64,000 bases of DNA from Felis catus (lineage: Eukaryota). Below the pieces are notes generated by a model that did no database searches, had not been told where the DNA came from, and saw only the letters and a program-made list of their open reading frames with translations. Shown here piece by piece: positions 51,201 to 63,990 of the stretch. A program made the translations under genes and the position numbers. The stretch's first letter is position 1, and every line of letters begins with the position of its first letter. Location: assembly GCF_018350175.1 (NCBI RefSeq), contig NC_058368.1, positions 127,970,001 through 128,034,000 of the forward strand. The letters run 5' to 3'.

Positions 51201-52009
51201 TATGACTTTCACGACTCTTCCAATCTTTCTTTTTTTAAAGCATATCTGTCTCACTAATGTCTCATCCTTAAACACATACATTTTCAAACTCTCATATCCT
51301 GACTTTGGTTAATCCTGTGTCAAAATCACTATGCCTGCCTGCTGTTTGATTCCACTAAGAAACTTCTAGATCATTTTAAATTAAGCACCTCCAAAATATA
51401 CATCTGCAAGAACCATAGCCTGATACACCAGCATCACCACTCTGGTCTCTAACCACTCTCAAAACAATGGCACCATACCTGATCAAGGAGGAGATGGCAT
51501 TCACCATGCAAGGAGCACCATGAAAGAATGAGCATGTGGCTCCCAAGGCCACCAATGAGCTTCTGTCTCTTCCCATAGTCTCTAACTGAAGGGTGGGCTG
51601 GGCCTGAGCCACAGCAGGAAAGGCCTCTTCATGGCCAACTGTGATGCAAGGAGGCTCCTCTGAGCAAGAAAACTCCTCACTCTCTCCCTGCAGCCAGGCC
51701 CCTTCTTTAGAAGTTTCTATGCTCTGCAACTTCCCAAAGAGGAAGTTGTCTAAGGGGGTTACAACCTTTAGGGAGAAGCTGACCACAGCTCACTGGCATG
51801 TGAATGTAACTTCTGCAACTTCTGGCCACATTTCCCCCAATCCCTACAGAAGGCTAGATGTGTCCTATTAAACATTTCGGACCAAGTACAAAGTAACTAG
51901 CTGAGCAAGGTCTCAACACTAGGTCATCACAGCATGACTGAAATTCTTTTTTGTTTGTTTGTTTGTTTTTGTTTTGTTTTTGGTGCAATGTCAATCAAAA
52001 GTAAAGCTT

Positions 52010-52140
52010 GAGGGCACCTGGGTGGCTCAATTGGTTAAGTATCCAACTCTTGATTTCTGCTCAGGTCATGATCTCATGGTTCATGAGTTCAAGCTCCACA
52101 TGGGTCTCTGCACTGACAAATACATCAACATTAAAAAAAA
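52010..52140 (+). mobile_element. Can-SINE lacking the CT-rich 3' part
   Basis: Normal head to ...ctctgcactgaca then directly an A tail; TSD aaaagtaaagctt at 51997-52009 and 52137-52149. Confidence 0.92.
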
Positions 52141-53338
52141 GTAAAGCTTAAATGTTTATAGAATACAGTTAGTCCAAGAGGACAAGTAGTGTCAAAGTCA
52201 TTTTGCAATATATATTACACTTTAAAAAATCCTAAAATATAGGTTGCATGCAGTATGCAAAGGCAAGGATATGACATTAAAATGTCACTAAAATAACTGC
52301 CGAACTGTAAGGGTATAGGCTATACTCAATCACTTAAGACTTAACAGCATAGAGGCCATATAATGTCACAACAGTATTAAAATGAATATTCAAAGTTATT
52401 TTCTGAAAAGCACTTTGCAAAGATACAACTAGACACCCCTTTTTTGAAAAAAAATTCTTCATTTGCACTACAAAATAGAACATGCAGAAATCCAAATGTA
52501 TTCATCACCCTGGTTCTTCTACTCACAAATAAAGCAGAAACTACATGTCTTAGTACTTGAGAAAATTGAACTAGATCTGAAATGATAATATTTAAGACTA
52601 CCAAGGCAGAAAATTATAGCCTGATTTCAATCTGCTACCTAAAGCAACTGATGTCAGATAATGTAAAAGAAATTTAACATAACTATCGAAAAGTCCAGTG
52701 ATACGACCTTTCCTTGAATTTCACTGCTGAAAATTTTCTGATAAAATTTCAAGGTTTCTTACAGAGCTTCTACTCTCTGACTCCACTAACTGAAAACCTA
52801 CTTTTGCTGTAGATATTCACTCTACCATGAGACACAATGATTCTGCAGAAAAGTGGACTAAATTTTAAGAGATCTTCACAGTATGTCTATTTTTTAACTT
52901 ACAAATTATCATTTTCTTTTCACAATACTGTGTAAATGATATAACTACTACAATACTGAAGAAAAAACTTTTTTTTAACTTTTAAGGTTCATTGCAGATA
53001 AAAGCATGCTCTTCTGACGGGTTTATGTCAGGTCCCCAACCCTGGTCAGTGAGGATAAGCATCTCTAGAAGCAGGTGAGAAAGTGTAACCAAGCAGACAA
53101 TAGTCTGGGTATGGCTTGCCCAAAAAAAAGCAAAGATTTGTGCAGAAGTGACGTATGTCCCTGGGCCTGCTCAATCTAGCAACTCTATTTTCAAATATTA
53201 AGATTAGATAGCTATCAAAGTTAAAAATCTATGGGGGGGGGAGTAGAGAATATGACATTAACATACAATTTAAACAAAAGAAAATCTACTTTGTACACTT
53301 ATAAATGAAATATCTTCTTTTTAAAAGTACCACTTCAT

Positions 53339-53530
53339 GGGCACCTGGGTGGCCGACTCAGTTGAGTAACTGACTCTTGATTTCAGTTCAGATCATGAGG
53401 TCATGGCTCATGGGATCAAGCCCCACATTAAGCTCCATGCTGGGCGCGGAGCCTGCTTGGGATTCTCTCTCTCTGCCCCTCTGTTGCTCACGTTCTCTCT
53501 CTCTCTCAAAAAAAAACAAACATTTTTATA

Positions 53531-53563
<33 letters not shown>
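53339..53563 (+). mobile_element. Can-SINE with (AAAT)n tail
   Basis: ggggcacctgggtgg head, ggagcctgcttgggattctctctc, (aaat)n tail. Confidence 0.93.
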
Positions 53564-53565
<2 letters not shown>

Positions 53566-55396
53566 GAATACCATTCCACTTGACAATACTCACAATTCCA
53601 TGGCTCTATTTTTCTTTGTTTTTTTTTTTTTTCCTTTTGGTCAAACATCAGCTGCAGACTCACACCAGCTCGTTTAGTTAGATTCTTTCTAATAATGTTT
53701 GAAAAACAGCTGAAGTTCTACTAATAAAGGAGAGCCTTTGAAATGCATGGTAAAGGAGAGACATAAGCTTTGGGGAGAGTTGAAAGACCTTGGAAAATAT
53801 AGTGATGGCAATGGCAGAGGTATGGACTGAAAATGGGACATACAGAAATAAGGATGCTACAGCATTCCACCTTTTAGTTTTCAGATTTACACCTATGGAA
53901 GTAGTAGAGAATTGGAGCAGATCTAAAAGAACAGGAACCAACTGGAAGAAAAGGGGCCTATCCCATCCCTCGGGCTTGCCCCTTCTCCTCTTCATGGATC
54001 CTCCCCATCAGTAAATAGTATATGTACCACTCCTAGACTCTATTTTGCACCCCATGCCACATCTCAGGGGCAAAGCCTAGATATGTAATGGCAGTGGGAT
54101 TTGACTCCTACCACTTGGAACTTGACTAGGATGCTGAACAGACTAGATCACACATTGATGGATTAAGTCCATGCCTTGGAAGGCCAATAATCACTGGACT
54201 GTGAAGAAACAGCTCACCAGCAAATGGTTTACTAGGAGCTATGGACAGCAACTAGAAGACCAAAGGATGTTAGTTTCCAACACCAATTTATGGAAATTGT
54301 GAAGATGGCACAGAGTTAACCAGAAAGCTCCCACTGTAATACTGGTAACAGATGCTCTGCTGGTTTCAATCATTTAATTTTTAATCTGGGCTGCTATAGC
54401 ACAAGCTCTTTGCACCTTACCCCAGAGATTCTGAGTAAGCGCACTTAACTTTTAGACATTTTCATTCTTGACACAGGGCTCCACAAATATAAAAGAACAG
54501 GCCATTCTCCAGGCATGCTAGGGGTTGTTACTATCTCTTTCTTACTCTGTGGTCTCTTTGTAAGCATTTAAAACAACAATAGGCTGATAAATGTTTTTCT
54601 GGCATTGGCCATAAAGTGGGAATATGTTAAAAGGATTTCGTCTGCTTCACAGCATTAGATTAGTCCTTTCTGGAAAATCAGAGGTGCTTCAGAGTTGAAA
54701 GGCCATCTCAGCTTTAAAGTAAAGAGCTATCCTATGAGAAAGGAAGGTACACCTCAGGTGGTGTTTTTATGGGAAACACTGTTATTACAATTCTAGCAAA
54801 AAAATAATTATGAAGAGAAAGGCACAATTATGTTAATTAATACTAACTTACCTTTACAGTTATTCAGATAATAACATCCACCTGACATACCTGGAATTAG
54901 TACTGAAGTCAAGAGTATTAAATCTAAAGAAGCCACATGTATTGATTTCCAGAATAATGATTTAGAATGACCTTGTTAATATTTCAGAAACAATATGGCC
55001 CACATTAGCCTGTAAATGGACAGAACAAAAAGGAACCTGACTCAATGGTAAATAATTCACACAAGTATTAGTTTAATAAAGGGCTAGTTTAACAAGCCAT
55101 AAAGACACTATGCTTTAAGAATCTTCCATGCTTCCAAAAAGAATCATCAAGCAACCTTGATTCCTTGAAAAGTCTCTTAGATAAAACTCTTTTTGCTATA
55201 CCCTTCTAAAATTATTTGTTAGGTAGGCATGATAAGCAAAAGATAATATACCACTGCCAAAGCAGAGACTAATGTTTCTCAAAGGAGGAACATCACTATG
55301 TGGGAAAGCAGAAATGATCTCTTTGTTCTTGGTTTAAGAGTCCTTGACAACCACAGAGTCCAAGGTTCACCCAGAATGTCAACATTACATTAAGAG

Positions 55397-55398
<2 letters not shown>

Positions 55399-55427
<29 letters not shown>
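55399..55427. repeat. Isolated poly(A) tract (~29 nt)
   Basis: Seen directly; no SINE/LINE body recognised upstream. Confidence 0.9.
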
Positions 55428-55429
<2 letters not shown>

Positions 55430-57189
55430 TTTCTTCCCATGATACCGTCATTATGCCATTATACCCTACTCATGCTCATTCATACATATGTCAGTATCCC
55501 TACCTCCTCAAAGACACAACTGGAAATATATTATTCTTTGGATAGTCAGTCAAAGATGCTATCTTGTCCAGCCCTGCAAGGTGCAGCATTATTTATTCCT
55601 TCCAGTTTACAGACGAAAGAAGTGTTTCACAGAGAATGTCTCTTGCCAGAACTCACCTATCTTTCCAACTAAAGTAAAAATAACTATAATCAGTAATAAC
55701 ACATGGCTTTTCTATGGTGTCCTTCCCTATAATACTGCAGCCATCACTTGATTGGGGCTTCAAAGCCATCTACTAATGCATGTGCAGTATCATGTGTAAA
55801 ATTATGTAGAAAACTTAAAGTGCAAGAAGCACTTTTATTAGTTGCTAATAATATAGACTATGTCATCGTGATGTTTAGACATAATCTGACTCAGCCGGTA
55901 ATGAGATGTGCAGTCTTTTAATCTTTTTGCCTCCAGCTCCTAATCTGTGAAAGGGGAATATTAATGCTATCTACATTAGTGAGTCATTGAAAAGATTAAA
56001 TCTTAAGGGAAAAAAATGATAAAAATAGAATTTAGGAAAGACTCTCCAAGCATTTCCACCTATTCTTAATTGTCCCACACAAAATCTCTGCTATTCAGTG
56101 GAAAGAGCTTTTCTTTTCTTTGCTGTATGACTATTTCCGTGGCACTAACAACACTCAAACTATTTCTGAGTGTCTCATGCAAGACAAAAAAATTAGTATA
56201 AGAAAATATACAATCTGCATTATTTGATATATTTTTTTCCAAGTTTGTCTTGTTTCACAAGGAGTCCTTAGAATGTTCTGTCTGAAGGCATTTAGCACTT
56301 CGCTCCCTCATAAAATGACAAAGGACAGAAATAGACTGCAGCGATCTTACATTACTTGTGTCACGTCCAGTGCTTTGGAGAGTGAAGCCATGCTACAGAA
56401 AGCGTCACTGCCAACAAATGCTGACAAAACTCAGCAGCCCCTCAGACAAAATGGACATTTTCTCTGTCAATACGGCCCCTCACCTCCATGGAGTGTCTTA
56501 AGCAATCCCAGCTGCAGTGGAATGTGGGTTGCCAAATACAGACACAATCTGTCCCCACTCCTAAAATGAGGTTGATTCTCGTTATTCTTAAGGAGTCACA
56601 TACAAGCTGTTGGCAATTTGCTCAAGTGAAGAGCAAACCATATTGAGTAGTTGCAACACTTCAGAATTCAGACTGCAGCATAAACCAAAATGTGCCCAGA
56701 GCCCCAATTTACTGGCAATTTCTGGGTCTAATAATAGCTGACACAAAGGGAAGAATGAAGCCTGGCACACACACCTCACTAGCCAAGACTGGCTGTTGCA
56801 ATGCTAACCTAACGGAAAAGGGGGGCTGTTTAGTAATTCGCTCCCTCCTAGGTGCCGCATTACAAAACAGTCTCCACAGCAGCCTGCTCTGGCTGCCCAC
56901 AGTGATGGCGGCTTCACTCTGCTGCTTACACATGCTCAGGCAACAGCTAAAACGATGTTGTGTGTATTCACACCTGCAGGAAATAGCACACTCTGTGGAA
57001 TGAAGCATTCATATAATCCATTAAGAAAAATAAATAAAAAGGTGTGAATAGACGGTTCATAAAAGAATAAAAATGATGTGTAAAAATATAGGAGAATAAT
57101 TGGAGCTCACTAATAAGACCACACAATGAAACAAAATAAGGAACCGTTTACCTTGAAAGTTAATCAATATTTTTAAAAGTTTAAAAAAA

Positions 57190-57830
57190 ATATTCATTCT
57201 TGGTGAAATTGCAATGAGTTGAGAATGTTGGTACACTGGTAGGTAGAGAGAAGAAATAACAGTATAAATTTTTGAAAAGCAGTTCACCAATAGTTACATT
57301 ATGTTTTGAAAATGTTCACAAGGAAAACCAAGAAAGGGCTCATGCCCAAAATGCTTACCACAGCCCTTTCATATAGCAAAATAATTCAATACAAATAAAA
57401 TGGAGAAAAAGCCTAATTAGAAATATTTATAAAAGAATGAATGCTTAAGAAACCCATACACGAAAAATGTGAAAATTTTATTTGTGAAAATCATGTCACC
57501 TGGGACTTCTATGGTTTTTTTAATTTTTCTTGTGAAACATTTCTTACATATAAAATAGTACATCTAATGTTGATCAACACTTTGTATCATTTCAAGTGAA
57601 AAAAAAAACAGGACACAAAATTATATATATGACACAATTATAACTCTATATGAAAAATTCCTCTGTATACAGTATGTGTAGAAGGAAATAATCTGAAGTC
57701 TTAATGGTAGTTATTCTCTGGCAGTGGAATGATAGGTAATTTTTTCCTGTTTTTCCCTATTTTCAATGCTTGAACTTCTGCTACGCATAAATTCATCATA
57801 TTTACTATCTAACTTTCGATGGTAAATTGG
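57190..57830 (+). mobile_element. Very old L1ME-type 3' remnant
   Basis: gtacactggtagg, ttttgaaaagcagtt, gtgaaaaaaa...acaaaattatatatat, atggtagttattctctgg motifs. Confidence 0.5.
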
Positions 57831-60800
57831 AAAAATGTCAAAGCCACCATATTCATCTATTAATTTTCCCAGAAAATATTTACTGAGTTCTTCCTGTAAT
57901 CATAAAACACTATGTATCAAAGGAGAGATATATGCATATGAGACATATATTGAGCTCTCCAAAAACTTGTAAGAAATACAGCAGAGTAATGGAATAGCAA
58001 AACAGAAAAACAAACTCATCCTAAATTTAGTGAATGAAATTCCTAACGACACAGTGGCATTGTACAAGATCACAGATGAAGTAAATTTCTTGGGGTCTTG
58101 TCCCTCTTTATGTATTGCTAATCTGGACTTCCAGATTAGTAATTCCATGCGCCCAGGAGGAATCTGGACTCGAGGTGATCAAAAACTTTATTCAAACCAA
58201 GGAAAGGAATTTACCAATAAAAACTGCCTACAAAGCTATACTTTGTCCTTTTCTAACCTATTGGAGATTATCTATGAGTAATGTTATTGTGATACTGTAT
58301 TTATAACCATAGGAAACTCTCATAAATTCCTGATCTTACGTATCATCTTGGCTACAAATTCCATTCATTTCAAAAATCCAGTCTCTAATAACAATTTCTG
58401 TGACAAGCAGCTCAAAAATTTTCAAGGCAGTTTCTTCCCTTTATCAACAGTTTAAATATCAGCACAGTTATTAAATATCTTGTAGGCACCAAGCACTAAA
58501 CTAGACCCTCTTTATGCAGGATGAATAAGAAAAGACCCCTGCCCTCATACAGCTCATGAAGCAAAAGTGGAACCACAGAATGCATAAACTAGAGAGCCCT
58601 GAACACTCTTCTGGCAGTTTTATTCCCCTTTTAGGATAAGTAGTAAAGGGATTACTTTGAACCTGGCCCAAAGTAGATGACATGAATGTAGTACTAAAGG
58701 GGAAGAAAGGCATCATAACTGGATAAATTTAGGAAACCTCTTCTGAAGATTTGATGATTAACAATGTACTTTTTTAAAGACTCAAGTCTTCCAGTAAAAA
58801 AAAAAAAAATCTGTTTGAGGAAGTTTAATCTTGTGCTCACCCCGGCACCATCACCATGAGCATCACCACCACCTATTTAAAAACTGGACCATTTCTTACA
58901 TTGTATGTATCAACATTCCTTGGAAAACTCACTGAGAAACTGCTCTAAACCAGCCACACATTTAACAGTGATGAAATGAAACTCAAAGATACTTAGTAAA
59001 GTTACTCACCCCAAGTCATACTGGTAGCTGTGGCAGAAACAGGGCTGGAGCCCATAACTTGGGAGTCACTTTCATGCTAATCCTATGGCCTAGACATCAC
59101 AGACAACAAGAGCATTCACAAATTTTAGGTATTGAGGACAAAAACAGCAAAATGTTAGCAGAGAGCAAAGAAACACTACCAATACACAGAGTTGGCAAAA
59201 ACTGGGAAGGTCTAAAGAGCAAAGAACTCAACAATACAACATGAATTTAAAAGAGAAAAGCCTACATTCTCAATGTGGAGGAGACACCAGTCACAGTGAA
59301 GGGATAAGACTAGTTGTTCTCTAGGGTAGTAAAGTTCTCTGTTACTCTGTTTAAGCTCCAGAGACAATGACTTTATATGGATGCAACTCTGTTCCTACAA
59401 AGTTGATCATCCCAGAGGAGGTGATGAACAACAAAAATCAACAATAACAGAATTCTTCCCTGAAAATTATCTACCTTCACAATGAGTTCCTGAGAGGGCT
59501 GGTGCCCTCCACACTGGAAGTTCATTAAAAAAATAGGACAGATTATCATCCACTGGGAAAGATACAAACACAGTCCTGCCTAAAGGAAAAGAGATGGACT
59601 TGATAAAATTTCAAAGTCATTGCCAATCTTTCAAGACAGGCTGTGAGTCAGAGGCTGGCCATCCTTTCTGTCTGCTATCGAGAGACTCTGCCTCCTATTC
59701 CACTCCTTTGTCTCGTCTTTTGATCATTTTATTGTTTACTGGCACCTCTGTCTATCCTATGGGGAGACATGAAAATGGAAGAAGACTGGAAACAAGTTAT
59801 TATACTGAGTTCTTTCCAAGAGAGATTTATTTTGGGGATGTAGGATACAACAGAAGAAGGTAAAAATTGTGGCTAAAGTATGATTTGAATTACATGTGCA
59901 TTTTTGCATCCCATTTCTTCACCAAATAGAAACAACCCTGAATCCTGGGATGGTAACTTCTGACCAAGGTACATTAGAGAAGTGGTGCTCCAGTTAATGT
60001 TCCAAACTTTGATTTTCAGAACCAATTTTTATACTCCAAGTCAGAACCCAGGAAGGTTTAACCCAATTCCTTTTCTCCCATGTACCCTTCCCTAAGTCTC
60101 TCTGTATAATCAACTGCTAAAAGGAAATGATACTGAGAAGGCTTTAGAGGAGTTTCAATGTGTAACTAACCTGTCTACCTTTCTATTCAATTTAACTTTA
60201 CTTTAGAACAATATGAAAAGAACTACAGCACTAAAATCCCTCTCATTTAAAATAAGAATAGGTAAGATTTTGGCTTATCCAAATTAATTAGCTCTAAAGG
60301 TCTCCAGATTAATTTTGCTCTTTATGAAACAAGGGGGTGGACTGAGTTTAACACTTACAACCTAAGGATAATGCCACAGGTTTAGAGGTTTTGATGATCC
60401 TTTAAAAATTAACTTGCATTGATCAAGCTTAAATCCTCTCGTAAGCACAAGCCAAAAGAAAAATATCTTTAAGTACATAATAAGAAGAAATAGACAACTT
60501 TTGGGGCCCCATGTGTGCAGGAAATACATAAAAATGTTTCCACAAGTGGTTATTCCTTTGAATCCCCCCCAACCTACTGTCCAATATCACACACTCACCT
60601 GAAAAAGCTTAAGTTCTCTCTGTGTCCTCTTGGTGCTAATCATGCCCTGTCACTGGGTGGGAGACTGAACTTCAACTCCGTCTGCATAATCCTGGAATAG
60701 ACTGCTCCACAAAGCTCTTTGGACCCCTCACTAACCTTCCTTCTTAGCGCAAGAAACAAAGCAGGGAAATATGCATGCTAAGGTTCATGTGATCTACCAT

Positions 60801-61009
60801 CACTATCCACAAAGCTTATCATCACCTGTATAGATCAACAATACTAACTCATTATGGGCCTGAACACACAACATGAAATAGCACAACTGAAGAATGGTTA
60901 GCTAACTACGACTGAGATGGTTCTGACCTTCAAACAAAGGAAAGAACACCTGGTCTAATAACTAATTTCAATTATTTCGAAGTGGGGCTAAAAGACTTTG
61001 GACAGGAAA

Positions 61010-61220
61010 AGGGGCAGCACAGTGCAGCTTCTAAGAGTACAGGCTTTTGGAGTCAGGGGTACCCAATGTCAAATCCTGACTCTCCCTTCTGGGTCACACA
61101 CCCTGACATTTACCTACTGTGGGACCTTGACCCATGACCCTCAATTGCTTCCTATAAAGTCAGGATCATGGTAGTCCCTCATATGTGAAGTGTTTAGTAA
61201 TTGTACCTACTATGATCATT
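61010..61220 (+). mobile_element. MIR SINE
   Basis: taagagtacaggcttttggagtcag...tcaaatcctgactct...ctgtgggaccttg. Confidence 0.7.
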
Positions 61221-61779
61221 ATCTTCTTATCAGAAGAGTCCTTGGACCACAGGAAGCCATTTTTTATTTTAAATCTAATATCCTACAGAAAGAAAGGGTT
61301 TCCTTGTCCTGTGATTTAATCTTAAAATATAATGATTTAACAAAAATATCAAAGACTCTAGGATCATCTCCAGTGTTCAGCAGAATAGAATGCAAGTCAC
61401 ATTAGTAAAACCAGAAATCACCTTCTAAAATGCACTTACATTGTACACTTAGATTTCAACAGTACTTCTTAGCTTTGTCAGATGCACCTGAGAGAGCATC
61501 CCTCCCAGAGGATAGGGTGTTATTTCAAACTACCAGGGGTAATGAGGGGAAGGTGGCATAGAGATAAGTCTCACCTCTCATTCTGTAAGATAACCCTGGG
61601 GAGAATACAATGTAGAGACAAAATGCAGTTGGAATCAAAGTAAGATGCACCTCGACTTTCTAATTTTTTGTACTCCGGGACTACCATTTGTTATTTGCAC
61701 AAGGAGAGACAGTCTGGATGAGGGTGGAGAAGGAGCAGGAGAGGAGAAATCACAACAAATTATAAACAAAAAACCAGGC

Positions 61780-62445
61780 ATGGTGATTGACAGCTTCTCT
61801 TGGGACTTCCCGGGGGAGCCAATTAGCGCTGGTTGCTGAGGTGGGTTTGCTTGCTAACACAGAGGTATTGCCTCTGTGCTAACCCACCTGTGCTACACCC
61901 ACTTCATTCAAGCAACCAAGCCGCTGTTAATGAAGTTCAGAACCAATCACCCCACAGAGAGAGTTTTACTAAATCTCTAAGGCAGATGTTTTAGGGTAAC
62001 TGGCAGGGAAACACCTTTAACATCTACTGCCTTACTGGAAATCAAAACACTAAAATAACGATTTGGCTCATCCTCCCTGCTCTTTTCCTTTGCTCCTTCT
62101 CACCCGAGGCAACAATGACCACATGCTCTGTGTAAGTTCTAACTCACTGCACCTCCAACTGCTAAGCCCGTTTCCGTAAGTGAGAGAAGTAATGTTGCAA
62201 GAGCAGATTCTAAATGCAGGCAAAGAACAAACGACAAGAAGAGTAATACCTCCAGCGTCGTCTCCACTAGCACTGGGAGACACGTTAACGTGAGCCCCAC
62301 AAAACAGCTGAAACAGAATTTAGCAACATCTGGGAAGCTACCTGGCCAAACTGCTCTTGGAAGAAAATTCTTCATGGTGTTTCCACTGCTTCAACATACA
62401 GAGCACAGGATGCCTTGTGAATCCATTTACTGTGACGTCACACAA
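61780..62445. promoter_or_regulatory. Candidate enhancer/promoter element
   Basis: TGATTGACAG 61784-61793, GGGACTTCCC 61802-61811, CCAAT 61819 and 61943, full CRE TGACGTCA 62433-62440, locally retained CpGs, repeat-poor. Confidence 0.45.
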
Positions 62446-63559
62446 CTCACACCAGTTTTGCTGTCTTGTCTCCTGATGAACGACCCCCACCCTCCTGGAA
62501 GCATCCCTACTTGCTTCCTACTATCACACCATCAGGCAGCAAATCTTGACAAAGCCTATGACCAGAGTAGTGCTGTGAAAAGCACTCTGAAAGGAAAAGG
62601 AAATGCCTCCAAGTCCTTGGCTTTGGAAGGCAAAAATGAACAAAATTAACAACCTAGGTGCTACCACATGTGAAAAATAATAAACTAAAAAACCTGGGGT
62701 GTTCTCAAAGGGAAACAAAGAGATAAATGCAGGAAAGACTCCCCAGAGGAGAACAGATATGAGTTTAATTTTTTAAAGGTGAGACTTACATTGAGAAGGA
62801 TGGATAAAACATGGGGAAATTTTCAGAAGTGGCAACGCACTAAAGATAAGCCCCACAAAATAAGACCGAGGATCTAAAAGATATTCAGATTCCCCCCAAG
62901 CTCAGATCTTCATGAAAACAACCAAAGGGTAATCAAGGATAGATTTCTCCAAGTATGAGAGAGGCCAAATTCTCCAGAGATGGTTCTGTCCTCATCTGCC
63001 TGAGACAATTCTGTGTGCTAATTTGACCTCAGTACAAAACAATAAGATGGTACCTAAGCTAAAGAAATCACAAAAACGCTGGAATGAATGTTCTTCAAGC
63101 CACCCCCATCCTCTCTCATTTATGGGCACCAGCTTGCTCCATGAACAAATTAAAATTGGAGAAGAGAGCCCAGGCAAAATGAAATTCAGAGAGACAGGCA
63201 CTAAATTCCTTTCAACTTCATTAGGCAAATGGAACAAGATGCCTCAGAAGGTGGAAAGTAAAGCTGGTTGCCAAATCAGCAACATTAAGCAAAGTCTGTA
63301 TCAACAAAAGCACATCAATCTGACACTGACTTTAAACTAGGGATGTGGGTTATGTCTTCAGGATCCATTCTTCCCGTTACTGGGATACCTGTGAGGTTGG
63401 AGGAACTTGGAAAAGTTAGCAGGGAACTGGGCACTTGGCTCACACCCCTACTCCGTCCTGCATCATGGAACTTGATAGACTGTTTAAACTCGATAGCTGG
63501 AGAGAGAGAACATATACTGTGTTCCTGACCTAGAAAGGGGCCTTCAAATGCACTCACTC

Positions 63560-63788
63560 TTTTTTTTTTTTAATTTTTTTTCAACGTTTTTTTATTTATT
63601 TTTGGGACAGAGAGAGACAGAGCATGAACAGGGGAGGGGCAGAGAGAGAGGGAGACACAGAATCGGAAACAGGCTCCAGGCTCCGAGCCATCAGCCCAGA
63701 GCCTGACGCGGGGCTCGAACTCACGGACCGCGAGATAGTGACCTGGCTAAAGGCAGACGCTTAACCGACTGCGCCACCCAGGCGCCCC
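63560..63788 (-). mobile_element. Young SINEC_Fc-type Can-SINE, near-intact
   Basis: Ends cttaaccgactgcgccacccaggcgcccc with CpGs retained; tail ...aacgttgaaaa (reverse); TSD tcactctttt at 63554-63563 and 63789-63798. Confidence 0.98.
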
Positions 63789-63794
63789 TCACTC

Positions 63795-63990
63795 TTTTAT
63801 TCAACAATTATTTATCAAGTACATGCTCAGGGCCAGGCATCACTATGCTAGACACCACGGGTCTAGTGATGACAATTACAGACAGGTTCCCTGTTCTGTG
63901 TAGTTCACAGAGAAGAGGACAAATAGCTGGAAAGTGGAAACACAACCTGATACATTCCAAGAATGAAAATAACAGGCACAGTGCATTCTG
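63795..63990 (-). mobile_element. L2 3' end fragment
   Basis: tattcaacaattatttatcaagtac...ccaggcatcactatgctagacacc. Confidence 0.65.

Noticed and set aside
50622..51287. 221-aa ORF (minus strand)
   Set aside because: Lies almost wholly in a decayed L2 (plus MADE2); no RT or other motifs evident
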